NCBI GenBank assembly: GCA_002482505.1
Contig: DLGD01000021.1
Span: 27,085 to 91,084 of the forward strand
Direction: 5' to 3'
DNA length: 64,000 nt
Source: Christensenella sp. UBA7703
GTDB lineage: Bacteria; Bacillota; Clostridia; Christensenellales; CAG-138
Part shown: positions 8,858 to 17,089 of the stretch, piece by piece
Layout of the letters: every line of letters begins with the position of its first letter
Position numbering within the stretch: the first letter of the stretch is position 1
Notes under the pieces: model-generated
The model's database searches: none
The model's input: the letters and a program-made list of their open reading frames with translations, nothing else
What the model was told of the DNA's origin: nothing
Program-made: the position numbers and the translations under genes

Positions 8858-10588
8858 ATGTCTCATCCGTATAAAGATTTTGAGCCCAAGTGGGTCAACG
8901 GCGAATTCCCCAAGGACAGCTATCGTTCCATCTTCAAGTGGGGTGCTCCTCTTGAGATCAAAGCGCCAAGAGAATCGCTCTATAAGCTCATGAAAGAGAA
9001 ATTTCATCTAACCGATGAGGACTTTCGGGATTATCGCGAAGATATCGGCTTTGACGCAGTATCGTTTGATCTACCCATCCGGCTGACAAGCGAGGATTTG
9101 CGCGCGTTTTCCGAGATCGTTGGCAGTGATTTTGTCCGCACGGACGATTATGCGCGCCTCTCGGTTGCATATGGCAAGACGATGTACGACCTGCTGCGGC
9201 TGCGCAACAAGATCGTCGAAAACGTGCCGGATGCTGTGCTCTACCCCGACACCAAGGAACAGATTGAGCGCATCGTCGCCTACTGCGCGGAAAAGAAAAT
9301 CCCTGTTTATGTCTACGGCGGCGGTTCTTCCGTGACGCGCGGGGTGGAGTGCGTCAAAGGCGGCATCTCGCTGGATCTGCGCCTGCGGTTTAACAAAGTT
9401 GTTTCGTTTAACGAGGTCGATCAGACCATCACGGTTGAGGCGGGCATGAGCGGACCGAAGCTGGAAGAAACGCTCAACAATGCGCAGTCTCTCTTTGGCG
9501 CAAAACGCGCGTATACCTGCGGACATTTCCCGCAGAGCTTTGAGTACTCTTCCGTCGGCGGCTGGGTGGTCACGCGTGGCGCAGGCCAGAATTCGACCTA
9601 TTACGGCTGCATCTCCGATCTCGTGATGGCGCAGGAATACGCAACCCCCATCGGAAACATTAAAACGGACAGCTATCCGCGCAAGGCGACCGGAAGCGAT
9701 CTCGGGCAGATTCTGATGGGCGGAGAAGGCACCTACGGCGTGCTTACCCTCGTCACGCTTAAGGTGTTTCGGCATATGCCGGAGACGATCCGCCGTTTCT
9801 CCTATATGTTCAAGGACTGGGAAACGGCGCAGGCAGCCGCGCGCGAAATCATGCAGAGCGAGGCCGGCTTCCCCTCTGTCTTCCGTCTGTCCGATCCGGA
9901 AGAGACCAGCGTGATGCTGCATCTTTACGGTGTGATGGATTCCCCGCTGAAGCATCTGTTTGGCCTTCGCGGATTCAAAGAAAACGAGATGTGCCTCTTC
10001 CTCGGCTTCACCAACGGCGAAAACGGATTTTCACGCAATGCCGCAAAGAATGTTCACCGTGTTGCGCGCAGATTCGGTGGTATGAGTTTGACGGGTTATG
10101 TCACGCGTGGCTGGGAAAAAGGACGTTTCAACGACCCATACATGCGAGACACGATGCAGGATTTCGGGATTGTCACCGATACGATGGAGTGCTCCGTCAA
10201 CTGGAGCAATATGGGCAAGGTGCATGCCGATGTACGCGCGTTTTGCAAGTCCCGCCCGGATACGATCTGCATGACGCATATGTCCCATGTCTATCCGCAA
10301 GGTGCTAACCTATACTTCATCTTCATCATCAAGGAGAGCGACCCGGAGGCGTTCCGCGCCTATCATGCGGGAATCCTCTCCGCCATTCAGCAGTCCGGCG
10401 CGGCGATGAGCCACCATCACGGCATCGGCAAGATGTTTGCCCCCTGGCTGGAAGGGTCTCTTGGGAAGAAAGAATATGATGTTCTGCGTACACTCAAAAA
10501 CCACTTTGATCCGGACAACATCATGAACCCCGGCGGAACGCTCGGTTTCGACCTGAGTGAAAGCGAAAAACACTTCCCCGAACGCTAA
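8858..10588 (+). CDS. FAD-linked oxidase of the alkyldihydroxyacetonephosphate synthase (AGPS)-like family
   Basis: 576 aa. PCMH-type FAD-binding region (PDAVLYP..IVAYCAEKKIPVYVYGGGSSVT). C-terminal SHHHGIGKMFAPWL resembles the AGPS signature. Confidence 0.7.
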   Translation: MSHPYKDFEPKWVNGEFPKDSYRSIFKWGAPLEIKAPRESLYKLMKEKFHLTDEDFRDYREDIGFDAVSFDLPIRLTSEDLRAFSEIVGSDFVRTDDYARLSVAYGKTMYDLLRLRNKIVENVPDAVLYPDTKEQIERIVAYCAEKKIPVYVYGGGSSVTRGVECVKGGISLDLRLRFNKVVSFNEVDQTITVEAGMSGPKLEETLNNAQSLFGAKRAYTCGHFPQSFEYSSVGGWVVTRGAGQNSTYYGCISDLVMAQEYATPIGNIKTDSYPRKATGSDLGQILMGGEGTYGVLTLVTLKVFRHMPETIRRFSYMFKDWETAQAAAREIMQSEAGFPSVFRLSDPEETSVMLHLYGVMDSPLKHLFGLRGFKENEMCLFLGFTNGENGFSRNAAKNVHRVARRFGGMSLTGYVTRGWEKGRFNDPYMRDTMQDFGIVTDTMECSVNWSNMGKVHADVRAFCKSRPDTICMTHMSHVYPQGANLYFIFIIKESDPEAFRAYHAGILSAIQQSGAAMSHHHGIGKMFAPWLEGSLGKKEYDVLRTLKNHFDPDNIMNPGGTLGFDLSESEKHFPER

Positions 10589-10594
10589 CACAAT

Positions 10595-10622
10595 AGCCCC
10601 GCTTCAGCGGGGCTTATTTTTT
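10595..10622. terminator. Bidirectional rho-independent terminator between convergent genes
   Basis: Stem AGCCCCGC / GCGGGGCT with loop TTCA, followed by a T-run. Confidence 0.8.
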
Positions 10623-10642
10623 GCGTGATCTCTTTTCTCTTT

Positions 10643-12238
10643 TTACGGTGCTGGTGTATTCTCCGGCGTTTCAGATGGCTCCGGTGTGGGTGCGGGTGTA
10701 AAGAGCACCCAGTCCTGCGTGTCGCATTGCCCCATGTCGCTCTCCCCTCGCGAAAGAACCCTGCCATCCGCTGTTATGCCGACGATGTGCGTGGCGCTGG
10801 CGGAGATGGCGACGATGTTCTGCCAGTCGGATACATCCGGCAAATGCGCAAAGGAGAATGCGCGGGAGAGCACGTGTCCGCTGTCGTCCAGCGCGAAAAC
10901 TCCGTTTGGCGTGCAGTCAATCGCGAGAATGTTTTTGAAGGGGGACACATCGAGCCCGTTGGCAACGACGGTTCCGTCCGCCTTTAAACCCGCGCTGTTA
11001 GCAGTCGCCGCATCCATTGCGACAAGATCATAGTATTCACTCGAGACCAATTCCCCGCTGGTCGTGAGCGGCTGCCCGTTTTTCATCACACCGCAGAGCG
11101 CATAATCGCCAATCGAAAGTGAGGCGACATCGCGCCACTTGAGGATATTCCAGTTTTGGTATCCCGCCACGAGGATCTTGCCGTCTCGCGTGATGGCGAT
11201 GGTGTTGTATGCTCCGGCATAGATTGCGGCAACATTCGTCCATTTGCCGACGTCGCACTGATGATAGGTGTTCATCCCTGTAGCGACGACGGTTCCGTCC
11301 GCGCACAGCCCAATCGTATGATAGGCGCCGGCTGCAACAGCAACGATGTCCGTCCAATCCTTTGTGTTGCATTGACCGGAGAGATTAGAGCCCGTGGCAA
11401 GCACCGTTCCTGCCTCCGTCCTCGCGACAGTGTGTTTATATCCTGTGGCAATCATGCCGGCAGGAAGCGCATCCCGCGCCGCCTTGAGTCGCGCGCGCTC
11501 GGTCAGTTGCGCGTCATTGAGCCCGACAAGCAGCGAGACCAAGTCACCCGCGCCTTCGTTTTGTGAAAGCTCCGATGCCGCCTGCTTTGCATAATCCTCT
11601 GCATTCTCATAACTGCCAAGCGCGTAGAACAGACGCATTGCTTCCTCATAATAGCCATATTCCAGGCGTTCCTGCGCATAGGCATAGCTGCAGGCTTCGC
11701 TTTTTTCCACCGCGTCAAGATAATCGCCTAGTGCGGTATAGGTTTGGCTCGCTTCCTGATAATCGCCGTCTGCTTCATACATCTGCGCAAGCGCATAGCC
11801 CGTTTTTTGCAGCGCGGCAACAGCGCCGGGATAGTCTCCCGCCGCCTGATAGAGCGGCACGGCATCAGCAGTCCTTCCGCTTGCCACATAGGATTCCGCA
11901 ACGGAATAGTACAATTTCTTTTGCAGCTCAGTCTGCGCCGTTTCGTTTTCGATAGACTGAATCACCTGTTGCGCCTGCTGAAAGCGGGACTGTGTAATCA
12001 GGAGTGACGCATATGTCTCTTTGACGGAACCAGCGTTTTGAAACGCAAAAAATCCGGCAACCGCGAGCAGGACGATCGCAATGCCGGAGAAGAACAGCGC
12101 GCGCCAAACAAACCGGCGATCCCCCGCAAGTACCGCGGAACCAAGCGGTTCCCCTTGCGTGCGCCAGATGCGCGTGGTGTTTTCGCGCGATTCTGTTTGA
12201 CGAATGATCTCGTGTTTGTTTCCGTTTTGCTCGTTCAT
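10643..12238 (-). CDS. Membrane-anchored protein with TPR-like helical repeats and an RCC1-like beta-propeller repeat domain
   Basis: N-terminal TM segment (ALFFSGIAIVLLAVAGFFAF). Repeated GDY..A helical units. At least six repeats of the type DGTVxATGxNxxGQCxxxxWxxIVAxAAGxxHT. Pro/Thr-rich C-terminus. Confidence 0.7.
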   Translation of the reverse strand: MNEQNGNKHEIIRQTESRENTTRIWRTQGEPLGSAVLAGDRRFVWRALFFSGIAIVLLAVAGFFAFQNAGSVKETYASLLITQSRFQQAQQVIQSIENETAQTELQKKLYYSVAESYVASGRTADAVPLYQAAGDYPGAVAALQKTGYALAQMYEADGDYQEASQTYTALGDYLDAVEKSEACSYAYAQERLEYGYYEEAMRLFYALGSYENAEDYAKQAASELSQNEGAGDLVSLLVGLNDAQLTERARLKAARDALPAGMIATGYKHTVARTEAGTVLATGSNLSGQCNTKDWTDIVAVAAGAYHTIGLCADGTVVATGMNTYHQCDVGKWTNVAAIYAGAYNTIAITRDGKILVAGYQNWNILKWRDVASLSIGDYALCGVMKNGQPLTTSGELVSSEYYDLVAMDAATANSAGLKADGTVVANGLDVSPFKNILAIDCTPNGVFALDDSGHVLSRAFSFAHLPDVSDWQNIVAISASATHIVGITADGRVLSRGESDMGQCDTQDWVLFTPAPTPEPSETPENTPAP

Positions 12239-12271
12239 GCTTGTTTTGTTTCTCTTGTCTCTGCCTTATTA

Positions 12272-13618
12272 CTAGTTGATATTCGCCGGCATCAGTTGGT
12301 TGAGATAGAGGGACCCGATTCCATTTGTCTCTGAAAGCACGATATAGATATCATCGATGTTCAAACGGCGAACATAATCCTTAACCCCACCGCGCGCATC
12401 CTCACGCGTGTAGTATTCATCCCGAAAATCGACCATATACACATCATCGTAATATGGCAGGAAGAACGGAGCAATGCTGTTGCCAAACGAATCGCACACC
12501 ATGAGCATATTGCGCCCCGTATGATAGCCACCCTCAATCATGCGATAAGGCCCCGCTGTTCCGCCGAGGAAAACGAGATAGTTGGTCTGCGTCTCGTCAA
12601 TAACCGGCAATTCACCTTTCTTATACGCGTTGGAAACGCGAAACGATTGCGCCGGAAGCAACGGATAGTATACCTCTATCGTATCCGCAAGTTCCTTTAG
12701 TTTCGCGTTTCTGCCGTGCAGATAAATCGAACCAAGGTATCCTTCTATTGTTTTTTCTCGATAGTCCGCAAGAGGAACGGTCTGATGGCCTTCGCCCCTT
12801 AGCATCGCATCAGCCGCGAGATAGGCTCCGCGCGTCGTCCAATGATGATCTGTCCGAAAATAGAGATAATCCCCGTTTAATAGATCGTCTTGAAAAATAT
12901 CATACGCGTTGTGCACCACAACATTGCTCGAAACGAGCGACTGCAGGCTGCTCTCCATCTCGCTTGTCCAGCCGCTCTCGCTGCCCAGATGGAGCGCTAA
13001 TTTATTCGCCGTCTGCGCGCGTGGGGCAAACAATACATGCAGTTTCCCGCCGACCGGGAGGAGCGCCGCATACGCGTTCAAAACGCTGGCCGCTTTCTCC
13101 ATGTCTTTTTCTTCGTACGTAAACAACGCGGTTCTCGTTCCGTCTTTGTGGTTGAGCCAGACGTTTACGGAGTCACCCGACGCGGCTGCCGGCAAAGAGG
13201 GATCCTGTTGCTCCGCTTCATCCTGTTGCGCTGCCTGCTCTGTTGTTCCTTCGTCTGTCGTTTCTTCCTGCTGCTGGGTCTCTTGATTAGCCGGATTTAC
13301 AGGAACAAAAACCTCTTCCCCTTCCGCGTCCAGTAGCTCTTCTACTGTGAGTGCGGAAAAAAGGTGCTTGAGCGTATTCACGCCGTCAACCAACTCTGAG
13401 CGAAGAAAAAACTGATCGGTCAAAAAACTCTCAAACGATTCACTGATTTCACCTTTTTTCATCGCATCCAGCGTAAAGGCAGGCATGCCGGAGAGAATTC
13501 GGTTCTCCTGCTCGGACAATATGGGCACGCGGTTCGCAAAAAGGAGCATGCATGCGCCGGCCGCACCACAGAGAATGATCCACCAAAGCGTCACCAGAAA
13601 CGAAAGTTTACGCCGCAT
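12272..13618 (-). CDS. DHHW family protein (AlgX/AlgJ-like partner of MBOAT acyltransferases)
   Basis: N-terminal TM segment. Literal motif FRTDHHWTTRGAY. Acidic low-complexity linker. Confidence 0.8.
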   Translation of the reverse strand: MRRKLSFLVTLWWIILCGAAGACMLLFANRVPILSEQENRILSGMPAFTLDAMKKGEISESFESFLTDQFFLRSELVDGVNTLKHLFSALTVEELLDAEGEEVFVPVNPANQETQQQEETTDEGTTEQAAQQDEAEQQDPSLPAAASGDSVNVWLNHKDGTRTALFTYEEKDMEKAASVLNAYAALLPVGGKLHVLFAPRAQTANKLALHLGSESGWTSEMESSLQSLVSSNVVVHNAYDIFQDDLLNGDYLYFRTDHHWTTRGAYLAADAMLRGEGHQTVPLADYREKTIEGYLGSIYLHGRNAKLKELADTIEVYYPLLPAQSFRVSNAYKKGELPVIDETQTNYLVFLGGTAGPYRMIEGGYHTGRNMLMVCDSFGNSIAPFFLPYYDDVYMVDFRDEYYTREDARGGVKDYVRRLNIDDIYIVLSETNGIGSLYLNQLMPANIN

Positions 13619-13671
13619 TGTTTGCTCCTTTCCTGTTCAGTCTTGTCTGGGTTTAAGCGTTACCAGTACGC

Positions 13672-15096
13672 CTAAAACCGAAAATAGAGAAACGGATTGT
13701 AACTATCCGAAACAAGGTTCATAATGCTCAGCACGACACCTGCCGTCAGTAGCAATACGGATAGCAGTTGCGCCGTTCGTTGCAGTCGTATTCTCTGGCG
13801 CAAAAGCCTGTCCAGCGCAGGCAGGATCGGCAGGCTCAGCACTCCGGCTACAAGCGGAAAAACGGTGTAGGTGCGCAATACATGCAGTGTTTCTGCATCG
13901 ATCCATCCGGCAAATGCGATTGCGCCGTTCTGATGCGCGATACCCAGCATTGCAAGCAGTTGCCGCGCGCAGGCAGCAAGGTCGGTTTGATAAAACAGCG
14001 CCCAACCAACGAGCACCGCGATCAACGTCAGCAGGATGCCAATCGGTTTCGGCGTTCGTTTGACGACATATCGAAATACGCCGTGCTCCAGCGCGATCAA
14101 AACACCGTAATACAATCCCCAAAGTACAAAATTCCAACTCGCGCCGTGCCAAAGTCCGGTCAGCGTCCAGACCAAAAGGAGGTTTAGCGTGGTACGGTGT
14201 CTGCCCTTTCTGCTGCCGCCCAGCGGGAAATAGACATATTCGCGGAAGAATTGTCCAAGCGAAATATGCCATCTGCGCCAGAATTCAGAGACCGAGCGGG
14301 AGATGTAAGGATAGCGGAAGTTTTCCTGATAGCGAAACCCGAGCACACGCCCAAGCCCAATCGCCATATCGGAATATGCGGAAAAATCAAAATAGATCTG
14401 GAGCGCGAAAACGATACTGGTCATCCACCCCGCGGAGAAGGAAGCCCCCGCGTCCGGCAGCGCCGAAAGCATTTCGCCGAGAATATTTGCCACGAGCACT
14501 TTTTTGCAAAGCCCAATTGCGAATCTGCGCATTCCGCCGGTGAAATCATCTAGCGTGGTCTGCCGTTCTTCCAACTCAAACTCGATGTCGGCATATTGCA
14601 CAATCGGCCCAGCGATCAGTTGCGGAAAGCAGGAAACATACAGCAAAAGGTGCGAAAATTTCTTTTGCACGCGAACATTGCCACGATATGCATCCACAGC
14701 ATATGAAATCGCCTGAAACGTGAAAAACGAAATCCCGATTGGTAAGCGCGGTGTTTGCATCACATAGGACAAGCCAAACAAACCAGCGATTTGGTTGACA
14801 AAGAATGCGGCATATTTAAAATAGGCAAGCGCAGCGAGCGAAACAATCAGCGTAACAGCAAACAGCAGCCGCTTTGTCGTGTTCTTCTTTGCAGCGCTAA
14901 ACGCAAGCGTGCCCGCATAGACCACAAGTGTGACAAACGCCATAACGAGCACGAAGACCGGCTCTCCCCAAGCGTAGAAGATCAGCGAGCCAATCAGCAG
15001 CACTGCGTTTCTCAGGCGAACGCCTCGGCAGGCAAAATAGACCGCAAGCATGGCGGGCAAAAACAGCAGCAAGAATGTTAGGCTCGAAAATACCAT
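13672..15096 (-). CDS. MBOAT family O-acyltransferase (AlgI/DltB-like)
   Basis: Polytopic membrane protein with the signature FWRRWHISL. The start is taken at the internal ATG (MVFSSLTFLL). Confidence 0.85.
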   Translation of the reverse strand: MVFSSLTFLLLFLPAMLAVYFACRGVRLRNAVLLIGSLIFYAWGEPVFVLVMAFVTLVVYAGTLAFSAAKKNTTKRLLFAVTLIVSLAALAYFKYAAFFVNQIAGLFGLSYVMQTPRLPIGISFFTFQAISYAVDAYRGNVRVQKKFSHLLLYVSCFPQLIAGPIVQYADIEFELEERQTTLDDFTGGMRRFAIGLCKKVLVANILGEMLSALPDAGASFSAGWMTSIVFALQIYFDFSAYSDMAIGLGRVLGFRYQENFRYPYISRSVSEFWRRWHISLGQFFREYVYFPLGGSRKGRHRTTLNLLLVWTLTGLWHGASWNFVLWGLYYGVLIALEHGVFRYVVKRTPKPIGILLTLIAVLVGWALFYQTDLAACARQLLAMLGIAHQNGAIAFAGWIDAETLHVLRTYTVFPLVAGVLSLPILPALDRLLRQRIRLQRTAQLLSVLLLTAGVVLSIMNLVSDSYNPFLYFRF

Positions 15097-15268
15097 GCGA
15101 ATATTATAGCATAAAACAATTCCAGCGGAGAATGGTTCCAGTATCAAAATACTGGCGGAAACACAGGTGCCAAACCTTTTGTGAACAATCGCTGCTGTGT
15201 TGAAATAGAGTTTTTTATAACTTGTTTCGGTGGTATAATGACAATAACCAATTTCGAGGAGCAGTCAC

Positions 15269-16378
15269 ATGAATTCAAGCGATAACCGAAAGAAGCGACG
15301 CATAGTCTGGGCAATTTTGATCGCTGTTGTGTTGATCGCGATCGCTGTTGTTGCTTTCTTTTTGCTTCGCACGCCAAAGGAGAACCCCGTGGCCAGTATG
15401 AGTTTTCAAGATTGTCTCGCGTATACAACCAAGGATACCCCAGAGGCAACGGTTGGCGTTGTCGTGCTGCAAAACGGAGCAGCGAACATCTCTTTTTACG
15501 GAAACAACGCCAAGCAGATCCCGTATGACGGTTATGAATTCGAGATCGGGTCTCTGACCAAGACGATTACGGCAGCGCTCATGATGCGTGCCGAGGCGGA
15601 CGGGACATTATCTCTTTCCGATCCCATCAATCGTTTTCTAAAACTGCCTGCGCAAGCATATTATCCGAGTATTGAACGGATTTTGACGCACCAGTCCGGT
15701 TATAAGAGCTTTTATTTTGAGCAGCCGATGATCGAAAATTTCTTTTCCGGCGGAAACAATTTTTATCAGGTTTCCCGTGGTATGCTGCGCCGCCGTTTGG
15801 GAAAGGTGCATCTGCAGGATAAGGATTATCCGTTCCTCTACTCCAATTTCGGTTTTTCCGTGCTGGGCCTCATCCTAGAGGATATCTATCAGCAGAGCTA
15901 TACCGATCTTGCCGACTCGTTTGTGCAGCAGGAGCTAGGTATGCAGCACACACATATCTCCGACGGGGACGGCAATCTTTCCGGCTACTGGCGCTGGGCT
16001 CAGGACGACGCCTATCTCCCCGCTGGCGGGTTGATTTCTACTGCGGACGATATGGCAATCTATGCGCGCGCGATGCTTGCGGGTTCGCCGGAGTTTCTGG
16101 GTACCGCCCAAAATGCGCTCGCGAAGATCAACGCAACTTCGGACCAACTCGCAAGCCTCGGCATCCGCATGGATTCCGCCGGAGCTGCATGGATGATTGA
16201 CGGCGAACATGGCATCGTCTGGCACAACGGCGGTACGAGCCATTTTTCCTCCTACATGGGATTTGATCCGCAGCGGCAGATCGCGGTCGTGATTTTAACC
16301 AATCTTGCGCCGGATTATCGAATCCCCGCGACGGTAATGGGTGCAAAATTATTGCTTGAGTTGCAAGCGCAGAATTGA
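15269..16378 (+). CDS. Serine hydrolase, beta-lactamase/PBP4* family, membrane anchored
   Basis: N-terminal TM segment. SxxK motif (GSLTKT) and YSN motif (LYSNFGF). Confidence 0.8.
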   Translation: MNSSDNRKKRRIVWAILIAVVLIAIAVVAFFLLRTPKENPVASMSFQDCLAYTTKDTPEATVGVVVLQNGAANISFYGNNAKQIPYDGYEFEIGSLTKTITAALMMRAEADGTLSLSDPINRFLKLPAQAYYPSIERILTHQSGYKSFYFEQPMIENFFSGGNNFYQVSRGMLRRRLGKVHLQDKDYPFLYSNFGFSVLGLILEDIYQQSYTDLADSFVQQELGMQHTHISDGDGNLSGYWRWAQDDAYLPAGGLISTADDMAIYARAMLAGSPEFLGTAQNALAKINATSDQLASLGIRMDSAGAAWMIDGEHGIVWHNGGTSHFSSYMGFDPQRQIAVVILTNLAPDYRIPATVMGAKLLLELQAQN

Positions 16379-16388
16379 GGTGCGGCGC

Positions 16389-16515
16389 ATGAATCTGGGT
16401 CTGTTTTTAAAAAGACATGTTCCAAATACGATCACGCTCTTGCGCATTGCACTTACGCTCGTGCTTATGTTTCTCCCCCTGCTCTCACCTGCATTTTTGC
16501 TTGTCTATCTGTTGG
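16389..16515 (+). pseudogene. 5' fragment of a CDP-alcohol phosphatidyltransferase (PgsA-like) gene, truncated before the catalytic DG..AR motif
   Basis: MNLGLFLKRHVPNTITLLRIALTLVLMFLPLLSPAFLLVYLLAG matches the family N-terminus. The frame then degenerates into GTGRKAQGRRNHQ. Confidence 0.6.
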
Positions 16516-16686
16516 CAGGAACAGGCCGCAAAGCTCAAGGCCGGAGAAATCACCAAAGAGCAATACGACCAGTGGCGCTATCGATATCCTGAGTTTGATA
16601 CTACGCAGTGGTGGGCAAAAGTTCCTTCTCAGGAATTGAGTGATTTTATTGTCTTTTCCTTTAATGACCAGTCGAAAACTGACTGA
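16516..16686 (+). pseudogene. Orphan 3' gene fragment (about 56 codons plus stop) in a different frame, low GC; possibly of mobile-element origin
   Basis: QEQAAKLKAGEITKEQYDQWRYRYPEFDTTQWWAKVPSQELSDFIV... has no start or upstream body. It begins exactly where the pgsA-like frame breaks. Confidence 0.45.
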
Positions 16687-16750
16687 ATAACTGCGTATTA
16701 ACCGGAAACCGAAGAACCCGCTAAACCCATAAGCAAAGGAGGTGACCGCT

Positions 16751-16918
16751 ATGAACATCAAGTACATTGGAAACGATACGAAAAAATCTGAAAACGGGAA
16801 AATCCACGTCCAAAATGGCAATTACACAGGTTGTGGTGCTCGAATCGATGATAATCCGCAAGATTGGGTAAAGACTTCTCAATCTGTTACTTGTGACAAA
16901 AACGGATGTAAGAATTAG
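16751..16918 (+). CDS. Small hypothetical protein (55 aa, four Cys), absent from the ORF track
   Basis: ATG 16751 lies 7 nt after AAGGAGG. Translation: MNIKYIGNDTKKSENGKIHVQNGNYTGCGARIDDNPQDWVKTSQSVTCDKNGCKN. A strong terminator follows. Confidence 0.5.
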   Translation: MNIKYIGNDTKKSENGKIHVQNGNYTGCGARIDDNPQDWVKTSQSVTCDKNGCKN

Positions 16919-16954
16919 CAATCGTGATTATGGGTTTCCGTGTTAAACAAAAAA

Positions 16955-16992
16955 AGAGCCAACTGACTTTGAAAAATCAGTTGGCTCTTTTC
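16955..16992 (+). terminator. Rho-independent terminator
   Basis: 12-bp stem AGAGCCAACTGA / TCAGTTGGCTCT followed by TTTT. Confidence 0.8.
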
Positions 16993-17089
16993 CTATGAAT
17001 AATACAATCAATGTTGCCAAAACGTTGCCACGGATGGTATCAAGAATCCGCAAACCCGCATGAATACAGGGTTTATTGGCTCCACTTTG

